A DNA stretch of 64,000 bases from the human T2T-CHM13v2.0 reference genome, Homo sapiens: the NCBI RefSeq assembly GCF_009914755.1, contig NC_060937.1. The stretch is one strand, 5' to 3'. The position numbers were made by a program, and so were the translations under genes. The first letter of the stretch is position 1; every line of letters starts with the position of its first letter. Shown piece by piece: positions 41,690-56,169 of the stretch. Below the pieces are notes generated by a model that did not search any database, was not told the DNA's origin, and saw nothing but the letters and a program-made list of their open reading frames with translations.

Positions 41690-43448
41690 TTATTTTCCTA
41701 TTTCTTACAAGGCACATCTACTGGTGACAAATTATCTATATTTTTATTTACCTGAAAAAAATTTATTTCTTCTTCATTTTTGAAAGATAATTTTGCTGGA
41801 TACAGTAATATAGTAGATAGATGCTTTTCACACCAACCCTTTAAATATTTTACTCCATTCTCTTCTTTGCCTGATTTCTGAAAATAATTATACTGCAATT
41901 CTCATCCTTAATCCTGTAAAGGTTTCTGGAAAAAGGTGAGAGGTTTTGTTGTTTATTTGTTTTCCCTTCTCTGTCTTCTTTAAAGATTGTCTCTTTGGCT
42001 TTTGTTTTCTGTGAATTGTGATATGTCTAGGTATAGATTTTTTTTGGTATGTATTCTGCTTGGTATTTTCTGACTTTTGACTTTCCTGGGTGTGTGGTTT
42101 GGTACCTGTAAGCAATTTTGGAAAATTTCTAGCTGTTATTTTTTTTCAAATATTTTGTCTAATTCCATCATGTGTATGTATGTTACAACTTTTGTAGTTG
42201 TGTCTTCTTGGATATTCTGTTCCAAGTTTTTATTTTTTATTCTCTTTGCATTCAGTTGAGAAGTTTCTGACCTATCTTCAAGCTCACTGATTTTTGTTTC
42301 AACTGTGTCCAGTCTGTTTGTGTGCCCATCAAAACATTATTTATTTGGTACAATTTTTAATTTTTAAATTTCTCTTTGATTTTTTTCTTAAAGTTGCCAT
42401 CTCTTTTCATGTACTACCCATTTTTTCTTGTATATTGTCCACTTTTTCCATTAGGGCTCTTCGCATATTATATTTTAAAATCCCAGTCTGATAATTCTAA
42501 AACCTATGCCTTATTTGATTCTGCTTCTAATGCTTGCCATATGTCTTCAGATTGTCTTGTTATCTTGCCTTTCAGGATACTTGATCATTTTTTGTTGCAA
42601 GCCATACATGATGTATTGGGTAATAGAGATTGAAGTAAATATGCATTTAGCCCAAGATTTTATGTTTATCTTGGTGAGTTAAGCACTCCATGTTTATTGT
42701 AATTGTAAATGTCCAAGACTTAAATTTCCTCTATTGTTTTTGCTTGTGTGTCCCCTGCTGTCTTTGGATTTGACTAGACACCCTCTCTTACATGGAATCT
42801 GTGTCTTGCAGTTCTCTCACTTGTGAGCCACCGTTTCATTCAGTAGACCAGCATTGGCTATAGCAGTGAGCTTCTGCTCCCAGTAAGGTGTATTTCTCTG
42901 TATCCACTTGCCTCAGCAGTTTTTAATATAGCAGGTTGCCCTGTGTTTTAATTTGTGTATGCATCCAAGAAGAGTTGTCGCTCAACTTGTTGAGCTTTTG
43001 TCTTGTAATGAGAGTGAGAGTAATGATCTTTGTATATTGGGGCTCTTTGTATCTTGGAGTTGAAATGAGAAGTCTCCACATACACATATATTTTTAAATG
43101 GATCACTCTGTCAATCACTATTACAAGTTTATAGACACTTAAAAGTATTTTTAAAATAAAACCATCCCAAAGTTGAATAATATCTTTCTCAACTGGCATC
43201 TTTATCTTAATTTTAGTTGATTTTGCTAAATATACATACTAAAAATTCTAACAAGGTTAATTTTTGTATTGACAGGTCTAATGATCATTTCTTCACTTTG
43301 AATACGTACTATTTATTTTATTGTAATATATGGGGAAAACATCTAGTTTTACAAAGATATCTGAAGGGTATAATCATTACTATTTTAATGGATATAATTT
43401 AATTGATTTATTAAAATATTTATAATATTTCAAAAAAGGGAATAAATT

Positions 43449-43828
43449 CACTATGGTCTGGATGGGTTCCCCAAAATTTATGTGTTAAAAAGTTAAATTC
43501 CAGTGCAACAGTGATAGGAGATGGGGCCTTTTGGGAGGTGTTTGGGTCACAAGGACTCTGTCTTAATTAATAGATTAATGCTGCCATAAAAAGGGAAAGG
43601 GGCTTTCAGGAGTGGGTCTTCTCTTCTGCCATGTGAGGACATGACATTCCTCCCCTCATGGAAGATGCAGGGTTCAAGGTGCCATCTTGGAAGCAGAAGA
43701 ACAGCATTTAATCTGTCTGTTCCTTGATTTTGTTCTCAGCCTCCAGAACTGTGAGAAGTAAATTTCTGTCCTTTGTAACTTATCCATTCTGTGGTATTCT
43801 GTGATAGCCATACAAAACGGACTAGTAT
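43449..43828 (+). mobile_element. MSTD/MSTC-like LTR
   Basis: ctatggtctggatg..ccccaaaatt...caaggtgccatcttggaagcag...aaacggacta. Confidence 0.85.
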
Positions 43829-44289
43829 AAAGCCTATTAAAATGATTTTCTTCAGATAATCCTTTTCTACGTGGGATAATATATTTAAATTTATCTTGTT
43901 ACTACACAGTTGAGGAATGACCTATTAACCAAGCTATTCTTTTTAATTCCATTGAAACACTCTATTGATTTATAAAGTTCTTCTCTGAGATTTTCGACAC
44001 CTAAATATTGGTCTATAAACAACACAGGAAATTTCTAAAATGCCTGATGCTCTTTTCTTTTTTCTTTCTGAATACTGGCTATAAACATATGCTATGAATT
44101 GCCTACAATTGGTGTTCTCTGAGCTGTAATGGAAAATAAATACTTTTTAAGGAAATATTTTAAGATATAAATATTAACAAATATTTTTACTTACTGATAG
44201 TAATGTTGAATATGATACTACTCCTAATGCTTTTTCCTACCATAAGAACTTTACATAAGTAATTAGTTTTAACACTAATTGCTTTATTG

Positions 44290-44928
44290 TTTTTTATTCA
44301 TTTATTAAATATAGAACAATTATTGTGTGTTAGCTAGAACTAATGTAAGAAAGAAAATAGATACATTTACTCTCTTCATTGAACTTACTTTCCATCAGAG
44401 TAAATAAATTACATGACACTTCAGAAATTATGTCCTATGGAGAAAAATTAAAAAGATGAGGAAGATAGAAGATGCAAGGAGAGTCACAGTAGACAGAGCA
44501 ACTGACCGAAGCCTTGAAAGGAGAAAAGGGAGGTATTATCTAAAGGAAGTATCTAAAGGAAGGATCCCTCAGGAAGAAAAAAAAGTCAAGCCCAAAAGCT
44601 TCAAGGTGACCTATTGAGTTCAAAGACAGCGATGTGAGTAACAATTTGAATGTCTACCAGATGAAGTCAGAGAGGATTTCTGAAGCTTCAGGTAAAATCT
44701 TGTGCTTGACCTTTACTATAAGTAAGATGAAGAGGATTATGAACAGAAGAGTGACATGGTCTGGGAATTAGTTTACAGATAATTACTGTGTTGAGAATAG
44801 AGTATAGCATCGAGGTGGCAAGGGTAGAAGTAGAAATACTAATTATGAGTCTACTAAAATTGTCAGGGTGACTTAGACCAATGTGGTACCAGTGGAGTAA
44901 GAAGTGGTCAGATTCTGAATACATATAC

Positions 44929-45006
<78 letters not shown>

Positions 45007-45240
45007 GTATTTTAAGCCATGGGGCTATATGAGAAGACTAAATGAGTAATTATACAAAGAGAGAAGAGAAGAGAAAAAAGTTCTGGGTCCTGGGCAGCCA
45101 AAGAGCATGGACAACATTTTAAGAGAATTTATCTGTCAAAGAGAGGAGAAAAATGTGGCAGAAGCTATATGGAAAAGTGACTTCAAGACACATCTTTAAA
45201 AAGATGGATATAATAACAAGACATTTGCAAATGGATTTGT
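44290..45240 (-). mobile_element. L2
   Basis: Purine-rich antisense L2 (agaagagtgacatggtctg; gaagtggtcagattctgaata). Confidence 0.75.
44918..45006. repeat. (ATATAC)n hexanucleotide microsatellite
   Basis: About 14 units. This is the source of the MYMYMY pseudo-ORF. Confidence 0.95.
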
Positions 45241-45302
45241 TCTTTACTCACTGGCAGTGGAAATTTTTCTTGATTGCTTTTAATCATACAGACGATTTGT
45301 AA

Positions 45303-45771
<469 letters not shown>

Positions 45772-46519
45772 TCATAGCCTCTTACAGGAATGGTTTTATT
45801 ATTTTCATGGTAGTGTGTGGTTTCTTAGTTTTTAATAATTTGTACTATGAAGCAAAAACAAAAACGGGACTTTATGTACTAAATAAAAGACATTATAAAC
45901 TTCACATTGACGATATTACAAACTTTACATTTAATACAAACTTTAAATTTATTCTGTAAAATATCTTTTTCAGTTTACTAGCAGTGTTCCTTGGCAAATT
46001 CTTTAATACTGAAGATGTCTGCTTCAATAGAAAAACAAAACTGTGTTGCCACAGGGTAACTGCTAATGTATTAACAATATTAAACAACTCAGTTTCAATG
46101 TTCAATTGAGTATTGTTGATACTTTTCAACTTGTTTTACCTTGTGAAATAATTACTAAAGTAGAATATTAATATGTATTTAGAATTATAATAAATGTAAC
46201 AGATATAAAAGTACATTTATACAGGCATGTTTTATTGGTGTATCATTAGCATGTGTATTGACATCATTAGGTTACTCCTGTCAGCAATAAATTTTTTTAC
46301 AATCATGATTAATTCTTGTTTTATTTTGAATACAGCAAAATACAACTTTCCTTGATTTACACCAGTTACATTTATGTAAAATTAAATGATATCAAAACTA
46401 TTTGCATATAATATTTGGTGTATTAAAACTACACAAAAAAACCACTTTTGGCTTTATGTAAAATACACTTGTGCTCTTATCTAGATAAATAAAAACACAT
46501 TATTCAAAGTATGTTAATT

Positions 46520-46684
46520 TCTGGAAGGACAATATTTTCCTGTGTAGAACTGAGCTCTGTGATCTAACACTGCTGCCTCTCATTCACTAACTTTTACTAG
46601 CGAACCCCAATCATTGTGTAAACTGCCTTTGCAAATTTCCAAAATGCCCCTCTAGTGTGAAGCATTTGAAATCAAAACCACTGA
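46520..46684 (-). mobile_element. MER20B-like hAT fragment
   Basis: Reverse complement cagtggttt...ggggcattttggaaattt...caatgattgggg. Confidence 0.5.
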
Positions 46685-46849
46685 CTCATTCTTTGTGTCC
46701 TACAATTAGTTATCTGAATACCATCACGAAAAATTATTCAAAAAGCAACTCTCCTAATTTGTTAATCTACCTAAAATATGTTAACAGTGTCTCTTTATTC
46801 TTAAGATAAACATTTAACTCTTCAAATCCATGAACTGGTCTGAACCTCA

Positions 46850-49800
46850 CAAATGCTGTAGCCTTTCACGCTTGTTCCCTCTGGCTGTATTTATTCAATT
46901 TCAAAATCTCTTATCTCTCAAGTAAAATTCTACCAGATGGTCTCTGCATATGCTAGTCCTTCTGCTGGAATGGTCTCTGCTTCTTCTTTTACATAGTCAA
47001 CTCCTACTCATCTTTTAGTTTTTAGTTTAATTATTATTTTCCTGGAAAGGCTTTCCTGAACTCACTGCCTTGATAATTTCCCTAATTTATATTGTATCAT
47101 GGTTCCACATTCCTCTTATTTATAGCCTTATTCACCAGTTATGTACTTATATTTATAAGAGGCATTTCTTGATTATTGTATTTCATAACAAGTTTGGAGT
47201 GACCACATCTGTTATTATTTATCCAAGACTTGACATGTTATTTAACACCTTGTAGTTTTTAAAAATAAATATACATTGATAAGCTATAAAATTCATGATG
47301 AAAGAAGGTACGTAACAATCCAAGAGACTGAGTCATAAAAAATGACAAAAAGTATCACCAGTTCAAAAAAATATATAAAAGTCATTCCTGATATAAAGAA
47401 GATGCTGTGTGGAGGAGTAGAAATCAAGACATTTTGACGTAAGAACAAATAATGCAATATAGCAAGAATGATGATGTAGGGATTTGGAGACTGAAAAGCT
47501 TACAGGTTTGTGATAAGAAACCATGAATAGCTTTAATGAAGGGATAACATCACATTATAAGTCAGAAATATCACTCCAGTTGTAAGAAATCAACTGAAAC
47601 ATAGCATGTCTAGATGTAGAAAAATAACTTATCCATCTACTAGAATATTCCAAGAGAATAAATTAAGGCTGAGACTAAAAAATTTTCACCTAGTTTTGGG
47701 GGATGGTGCAGAGATCTTAGGATGGTTATCTGCAAGTTGCATTTTTGACTTTCAGGGCTTCCTTTCCTTTTATGTCTTGTAAGAGAGGTAAATATTCATA
47801 TTCACTAAAAAAATCACATTGTTAGTCCAAGTAATTCTACATAGGGAATTATAAACTCAATTTCGAGTTTCATATTTATGTGAAAAACTTATAATAAGAC
47901 CCTAACTGACACAAAAGAAAAGCAATCAAATTATCTTTCAACTGAAGCATATAAACTGGAAATGAAGGGTACATAGCAAGATCTTGTTCCATGTAGCATA
48001 TAAAAAAGTTATTTAGAGAAAATTAAATTGAAGTATATTCAGTATAATGTTAATTGATATAGAAAATGTCAACTCAAGTTGCTCATAATAGTTAGAGATG
48101 AGCAAATGATTCAAAGTAATTTGGGTTATGATGATATTGATCACTCAAATTTTTTCACTTCAATTCACTTTACACTGTGTCCTTGGGAATGCAGTAAAAT
48201 AATAATAAAAAGAAGTAATTTAAAACATACTTAATCAAGTCTTTATTTTAGATGTTCTGGATTTCTTTTGACCTTATTAGGAGGAAATATACTTGCCGTA
48301 ATCTTTTAAAAGTTAATAAAGGTACTACTGTCAATTCTGCAAAAAAGAGATGATTTTTATATGCTGATCTACCTTCAGCTTTTCTTTTTCTTAATGAAAA
48401 TTATAACATGTAATGCAAAAAAACCATAAAAATAAAGATCTACTATATATATGTATTATACATTAAATCTATATAATAGGCATCAAGGGTAGCCTGAATA
48501 CTAAGATGTTCATTAAGTTCAGCATTTCATACTGATCCTAACATAGTCTTCAAGGTACTGACAAAAAAACAAAAAATTCCATCAAGACAAAAATGCCTGA
48601 AAATGAATCTTTTAGTCGAGTTGTAGGAAAAGCAATAATGATTAAAATACTTTACACTTTAGTAAAGTCATAGTAGCTGACCCATAAAGGCAGCATGCAA
48701 AATGAGTGAGTTAAAAATATATCTGTTGTTGAACGTTTGCCATTGCAGCACAGCTAACTAATAGGCCCAGTGAGAGGTGGTGTAAAGGGAGGGAGTAGAC
48801 AGTGTATTTCAGGCAGAAGAAAAGGAAAATATCAAAACTCAAGGCTATGAGACCTTTAATGTCTGAAGAACTAAAAGACAATTAAGATAGATACAAATCT
48901 AGTACAGAAGTTCGTGTTGATTAAGGAGCATTTGCCTGAAGTGGTAAGTAGTAGTAATTGCTTAACTATTTCATAAAGTTTTTGAAATAAGAAACACTGT
49001 ATCAAAAGTTTTGAAGTAAATAAAATAGCCAGATTACATAATGCTAGGTAAATAATTTCCAAGAGGGGTACAAACTTAAATACAGACAGGCTATTACAGT
49101 AATCTGGATGGACCTAAAGGAGAAAATCAATACTCAAAATAGAGAAAAATTGACAGATTTAAGGGAGTAGAGCATTTAGAAACTACATGTCTTGGTATTT
49201 GAGGTGAAATAAGTGAAGGAGAAAGGAGTCAAGGGTGATGTAAATCCTCGACTCTCAGATTTCTGTTAGATAAATGTTGCCGTCTAAAAAACAATGGAGA
49301 GAAATGGAAAGATAATTTTGAGGGTGAATGGACAAAGGTTATGAGTTCAGTTTTAAATGGGTTAGTTTTGTGCCACATGTATGTCCATAGTGAGATAATT
49401 TTTATGTATGGTCTGAAACTCAGGAGAAAGATATGGGAGTAAATATGTAGTTAGAATCTATTAGCCCATGAATGATAACAGGCATGAATGCAACATGCTA
49501 GAGAGTATAAGCAGAGGAAAAGAAAATAATAAGTGTTAAGGACATGGTTCTTATAACATGAGCATTTGGGAAAAGACAGAGTAAAACCTTCTGTGAAAAA
49601 AACAAAAAGTGTCTGATCTGCTAGTGTAGAATGAAAAAAATACAGTATTATGGTAGTTAAGTAAATAACAAGGCAAATGGTATATTCAGTGCCTCAAAAT
49701 GATATTGAAATATCAAATATAATAGGGGAAACAAAAGGGCCATTGCTTTTTATTATAAAATAAGGCTTATATAAGTGATGCAGAGAAAAATTATGGGTGG

Positions 49801-49870
49801 GTGTAGAAGTAGGAAATTAAGACTAGAGGACTGTGATTTGATAAAATATTTAAGTAAAATTGGCTCTAAA
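46850..49870. mobile_element. Scattered L2 fragments (46850-47280 +; 47300-47700 and 48700-49870 -)
   Basis: ccttctgctggaatggtct; gagaaaggagtcaagggtgat; atgagttcagtttt. Confidence 0.6.
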
Positions 49871-50199
49871 GAGAACCAAGCCTCTTGCCAGTTTACATAC
49901 TAGGAAAGTCTTTTTCAAGAACCTGGGAGGCACCACTTTGCCCCAGTATCTCATTCTCTGTGAAAAAGTAGGAGCCTAGCTTTAGGAAACACCATTTAGC
50001 AAATCAGATGGCCCAATCACATTCACGAATCTCCTGCCTGATGTTCTTCAGTATTTTCCTCTATCTCATCCCAGCGCTTAGGGACCCTCATGCCTTTTGT
50101 TTCTGCAGAGTTAACTTCAATTCTCTCCTCTATTTTAACAGGCTTAAATAAAGTTTTCCTAGCCTATTTAACACTCTCTGCCCCTTTTTTTCTTTGACA
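49870..50199 (+). mobile_element. MER31/MER67-like ERV1 LTR fragment
   Basis: Ends ttaaataaagttttcct..tttctttgaca. Similar in reverse complement to 59854-60340. Confidence 0.6.
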
Positions 50200-51104
50200 A
50201 TTTAATCAGGAAATTAGAAGATGCAGATAAAAAAACTATTAGAAAAATAAAATATAATATTAAAATAAAAAATAATAAAAAATAAAAAAATAGAAAAATT
50301 CCTAAGGAAACAAAGAAATCTAAGTGATGAAAACAATTGGAGTTACACAGATTTATTACAGCACTTATCTCTACAGCCTTATAATACATTAAACATTATA
50401 ATATCTATCGCAGATATGAAGAAGTCAGATAGCTGGATTTATCTAGGATTGGTAAGTTGCATTTCAGAGGAGACAAAATAAAAATAATAAATAAATTAGA
50501 AGGCTTTGTCAAGATAATGGTTAAAGTAATAGGCCCTGGTAATTCTGTCGAAGGAATGAAAATAGGAAGGTTATGTTAGTGAGGGAGGTATTAAAGCAAC
50601 CACATCTGTATTGGATCTCGGAATTACTAGGATCTTCTGCAATTGAAGTAATTAAGTAAGAATGCTGGAAAGATAGAAGGTTGGTTCCTCCCAAGTCTAA
50701 AAATCCTATGATTTTTTTAAAAAAATTCTTAAATCTGGTTGCTATTTTCAAATGCTTCATGACTTCTTAACTCTCTTTATGCTTTTGAGTGTGTGTTTTT
50801 TGTTTTATTTTATTTTGTTGCGTGTGCTTTTGATTACTAAACAAGATGGTCTATGACTCAAGCAGTTTTACTCCTAGTAAATTGTTCCCTTTGACAATTT
50901 CATTGCTGCCCTAATCCTTTTCATTGCAATATCATGTACAAATTTAGCAATGTCTTTTGGTAGCTCAGCACACTGCTGTCTTTCAGTTATTACTTCTTCT
51001 TTTATTTATTTAGAGAAAAAAATACATATTTTTTGCTCTTGCTGGAGTTTGTCTAAATCTTTGCCTGACTTTTTCTTCTCTTGTAGTGTTGTGGTAATTT
51101 TTTC

Positions 51105-51420
51105 TTTCTTTCTTTCTTTCTTTTATTTTTTATTTTTTTGAGACAGAGTCTCGCTCTGTCACCCAGGCTGGAGTGCAGTGGCATGATCTTGGCTCACTTC
51201 AACCTCCGCCTCCCAGGTTCAAGCGATTCTCGTGCTTGGCCTCCCAAGTAGCTGGGACTGCAGGCACATGCCATTACGGCCAGTAATTTTTTTGTATTTC
51301 TAGTAGAAACAGCGTTTTGCCATGTTGCCCAGGTTGGTCTCAAACTTCTGAGCTCTGGCAATCTGCCCGCCATGGCCTCCCAAAGTGCTAGGATTACAGG
51401 CATGAGTCACTGCTCCCGGT
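51105..51420 (-). mobile_element. AluS
   Basis: Full dimer with a (TTTC)/(TTTTA) tail. Confidence 0.9.
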
Positions 51421-51582
51421 GATGTTTTGGTAATTTTTAAAGAGGACACAAATAGGTAATTTTTATAAGCTTGATCAATGCTGTCAATGGTCTTGTTACT
51501 GTTTGTATTTTATTTATTTGTTTTCTGTGATTTTGTAGCCAGTAGTGATGAAGATAATTTACTTCTATGATTCAGTAAACAT

Positions 51583-52470
51583 ACCATATTTTCTTTATTT
51601 CATCCACCATTGATGTGCACCTAGGTTGATTCCATCTTTGCTATTATAAATAGTGCTGTGATGAACATATGAGTGCAAGTCTTTTTGGTAGAATGATTGG
51701 TTTTCTTTGGGCATATACCCAGTAATGAGATTGCTGGGTTGAATGGTAGTTCCATTTTAAGTTCTTTGAGAAATCTCCAAATTGTTTTCCACAGTGGCTG
51801 AACCAATTTGCATTCCCACCAACAGTGTAGGATAAATAAAAAATTAAGCATTCCCTTTTCTCCACAGCCTTACCAACATTTGTTGTATATTGACTTTTTA
51901 ATAGTAGCCACTCTGACTGATGTTAGATGGTATCTCATTGTGGTTTTGATTAGAATTTCTCTGATAGTTAGTGATGATAAGCATTTTTTCACATGTCTGT
52001 TGGCCATGTGTATGTCTTCTTTTGAGAAATGTCTGTTCATGTCTTTTGCCCAAACACCATGGAATACTATGCAGCCACAAAAATGAATGAAATGCTGATC
52101 TTTGCAGCAACATAGATGCAGTTAGAGGCCATTTTCCTAAGCAAATTAACACAGGAACAGAAAACCAAATACAGTATGTTCTCACTTATAAATGGGAGCT
52201 AAACATTGGCTATTCATGGACATAAAGATGAGAGACTACTATAGTGGTGGGAGAAGAGAGGTGGGGGTAAATGTTGAAAAACTGTTGGGCAATATTCCCA
52301 GTACCCGGTGATGGGATTATTTATACCACAGACCTCGACATCGTACAATATACCCAGGAGCCAACTTGCACATGTACATCCTGAATCTGAAATACAAGTT
52401 AAAAAAGAGAAAAGAAATTAAGAAAATAACCCCTGACATGAAAAAAAAAAAAGAAAGAAACAAACAAAAT
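51583..52470 (+). mobile_element. L1PB-like element with an inverted 5' segment
   Basis: 51583-52052 is antisense. 52054-52406 is the sense 3' end, followed by the tail. Confidence 0.85.
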
Positions 52471-52516
52471 CCCTAATCTAGTAAATATAATGAACTCAAA
52501 TTTTCAACAAGCAATA

Positions 52517-52833
52517 CAGTTGGTCCTCCACATTTGCAGGTTCCACATCCGTGAATTCAACAAAGTGTGAATCAAAAATATTTGGAAAAAAATAAAAATA
52601 TGACAATAAAAATAATACAATACAAATAATACAAATTTGAAAATACAACTATTTCCATAGTGTTCACCTTGTACTAGTTCTTATCAGAAATCTGGAGATG
52701 ATTTAAAGTATGCAGGAGGATATGCATAGGTTATATGCAAATATTACACTGTTTTATATGAGACTTGAGCATCTGCAGATTTTATGTGTGGGCGTCATGG
52801 AAACAATCCCTCATGCGTACTGAAGAATGACTG
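52517..52833. mobile_element. MER2 MITE
   Basis: ta-cagttggtcctc ... gacttgagcatctgcagattt ... gaatgactg-ta. Confidence 0.88.
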
Positions 52834-54094
52834 TATTGTTGTATTTTTTCAGTGAAAATCTGCCATATATGCTTATACCAAAATAACTGTGGGATGTGGG
52901 AGTGAGCAAGCAGCAGTTTGGTTTTGATTGCCCAGAAGGCTGCTCTCAAAAGTCTTAGTCAATTTCACAGCAAAGACAGGACAATGACAATTATTTATTG
53001 GCAAAATTTGCAAGCCCAGATTTAGCTTTTCAAGTTGAAGGCACATTATAAATCTAAGGAATTAAACACTGTCTCATAATAACTCACACAAGCAAATCTC
53101 ACCTCTGATCATACACCTAAACCAGGGGAAAGTATAGCATCTAGGCAAGGTAGAATATTTAAACCTCCAACCTCCTCAGAATAGTAAGTTTGGTAAAATC
53201 TCTCAGCAATTATAACTAGCCATTTAGTTTGCAAGGCTTAATACAAAATAAAAATCATGGATTTTTTTTATTAGTAATGTATGGTAAAATGTGACAATAA
53301 AGATAACAAAATTGTTAGCTTTTTTCTCATTTTCTACAAACTCTAAATTTGTTACATTTTTAATTTGCTAACTAATGTTATTCTAAGTAATGAAAAAATT
53401 AAAGTTTTACTTTATTGCCATGAAGTTTGCTGTTCATCTTTACATGGCATAATGTCAGTTTCAAAATGCAAATATGAGAACATTTCACTCAGTTATGGAA
53501 TCAAGGAAATTCCACTATTTCTATTTTGTAGCTCATATATGCATATGTATTTTGTTATTACCAGAAGAGTGAAAATGCTGCAGGAAACTAACTCAACTGT
53601 CTTACTTTGTGCTGTGCCCACACACTACCAACACTCCACAGTCTGCTTACTGATGAAATAAAAGGGCCCAGAGAAAAGGACTGTCCTATCTTTGCCTTTC
53701 CTTCTCTATCGTATTCAGTGTAATTCACTGGCTAATACAGGAAAGTAACATGAATAAGAAAGTTTATGATATAGTTTCTTATTGTTTGTGTTTCTTAGAA
53801 CATCTTTGCCTTCTTTCTGCATTCAAAGAAAGTTGTGGTTCAAATAGAAAGTGTGCCATCTCAGGGCTGTTGGGCTGTCAGCATTCACATTCTCCATGTT
53901 CAGGCATAGACATAACTCTGTTATTTTGAATAATACTCATTTTGACTCTCACTGAACTCCCAAGCATTGTGGTTCCACTGGAATTCTGTGCTCATGGGGC
54001 ATTGAAAACATTGTAGGTAAATGAGTGGTAATTAATAATGGTAGAACATCATATTATGCTTCTCTCTCTACCAACATGAATTCTCCATCACCCC

Positions 54095-54225
54095 TTTGGG
54101 CTTCACTTACAAAATCCAAGTTCAAAGATAAACGTATTCAGAATTTCAAGACGGCGAAAGCAAATAATTAAACAAACCCCAGCCCCTCTGAATGTGTGGC
54201 CATGTGCATGCCTATAAAGCCCCCT
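54095..54225 (+). mobile_element. MER91-like fragment
   Basis: agaatttcaagacggcga...ttaaac..cccctctg. Confidence 0.5.
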
Positions 54226-55587
54226 TGCTAGAAGCAGATAATAAAAGGCTGCCTAATAAGTTAGAGACAAAATTCCCTACCAGAGGCCCCCAGTGATCAG
54301 AAGGGCATTCTCTGGTATCTTCTTTCTTTTGCTCTTGTAAAATCTTCTCAGGATCTTTGTCTTTACTTGGGAAGCTAACCCAGGTTATTTGACAACCTGA
54401 ATCCTTGCCTCCATACTCTCACGTAGCTTGTATCCCTCCCATCCTACAGGTCCTAACTCCATTATGACCTCCTTAGTGAGGTATCTCAATAAAGGAACCG
54501 GCTTCTCCCCTATTATCTTTGTTTTTATTAAAATTGTACTATTGTTCAATCTTCACCACAACCCAACGTCAGAACACTTCAGTTACCCCAAAACTTTGCC
54601 TGGCAATCATGCATCTACCCTCCCACACACCCTTAGCCTTATACTGCCTTTGATCTTTCTTTCCATCACTGTAAATTTGCCTTTTTTGGACAATTTAAAT
54701 AATTTGAATTAAACAATATATAGTTTTTTGCATCTGACTTCTTTCACTTAGCCTAATTTTGAGGTTTATCTATGTTGCAGAAGGTATCAGTTGTTGCTCT
54801 TTTTTTTTTGAATTATCATTTTATTTTATTTTATTTTCTAAGTTCCAGGTGTATGTGCAGGATGTGTAGGTTTGTCACATACGTAAACGTGTGCCTTGGT
54901 GGTTTGCTGCCACCTATCAACCCATCACCTAGGTATTAAGCCCAGCATACATTAGCTCTTTTTCCTAATGCTCCTCCCCTGTTGCACTCCTCCAACAGGT
55001 CCCAGTGTGTGTTATTCCCCTCCCTGTTTCCATGTGTTCTCATTGTTCAACTTATAAGTAAGAACCTGCAGTGTTTGGTTTTCTGTTCCTGTGTTCGTTT
55101 GCTGAGGTTAATGGCTTCCAGCTTCATCTTTGTCCCTGCAAAGGACATGATCTCACTCCTGTTTATGGCTGCATAGTATCCCATCATGTATATATACCAC
55201 ATTTTCTTTATCCAGTCTATCACTGATGGGCATTTGGGTTGATTCCATGTCTTTGCTATTGTGAACTGTGCTGCAATGAACATATGTGTGCATGTATCTT
55301 CATTACAGAATGATTTATATTCCTTTGGGTTTAGACCTGGTAATGGAATTGCTGGGTCACATGGTATTTCTGGTTCTAAATCTTTGAGGAATCACCACAC
55401 TGTCTTCCACAATGGTTGAACTAATTGACATTCCCACCAACAGTGTAGAACCGTTCCTATTTCTCCGCAATCTCGCCAGCATCTGTTGTCTCTTGACATT
55501 TTAACTTAAACTCCTTTATTTAAAACAAAACATTTTGCACAGAAACAGTTTCAACCATTGTTTCCCTTTTGCAACTACTTCAGCTTT

Positions 55588-55621
55588 TATACTTTATCTT
55601 AGCCAAAGGCCAAGAAGCAAT
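55588..55621 (-). pseudogene. 3'-truncated (tailless) U2 snRNA pseudogene, nt 1 to about 35
   Basis: Reverse complement ATTGCTTCTTGGCCTTTGGCTAAGATAAAGT versus U2 ATCGCTTCTCGGCCTTTTGGCTAAGATCAAGT. TSD acttca(g/t)ctttta. Confidence 0.9.
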
Positions 55622-55950
55622 ACTTCATCTTTTAATCCTGTATAGTAAGACAGCACTAACCATTCATAGGCATGCTTTTTACTTCTTTTCCCCTTAGACC
55701 CTCTTCCTCTTCCTGTTTCCCTTTCTGTCCTCTTCTCTCATCCTTCTTTCTTCCCCTCTATTCTCCTCCCAACTCCACTTTTTAAAATCTTATTTCCTCC
55801 TGTCTTTTCCTTTCTCCCTCCCTTTTTTAAAAGCATACCTGCCGTATCATACTTGATGATATGTTTTGAGGAAAGAAAATATAATGAATTCTGTCAACTA
55901 AAATGATGACAGAGGACCTTTATGAAATTGTCTCAATTTTGTAAGCATGC

Positions 55951-56169
55951 TATTTTTTATTTTTATTTTTTATTATACTTTAAGTTCTGGGGTACACGAG
56001 CAGAATATGCAGTTTTGTTACATGGGTATACACATGCCATGGTGGTTTGCTGCACCCATCAACCTGTCACCTACATTAGGTATTTCTCCTAATGCTATCC
56101 CTCCCTTAGCGCCCCACCCCCCTACAGGCCCCAGTGTGTGATATTCCCCTCCCTGTGTCCATGTGTTCT
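55951..56169 (-). mobile_element. L1PA7-like 3' end, part of the U3-L1 chimera
   Basis: ttatactttaagttctggggtac...cacctacattaggtatttctcc. Confidence 0.9.

Noticed and set aside
44688-45002. MYMYMY... 104-aa ORF
   Set aside because: It is the (ATATAC)n repeat plus L2.
53466-53473. Octamer ATGCAAAT (also at about 33295)
   Set aside because: Isolated 8-mers are expected by chance in 64 kb of AT-rich DNA.
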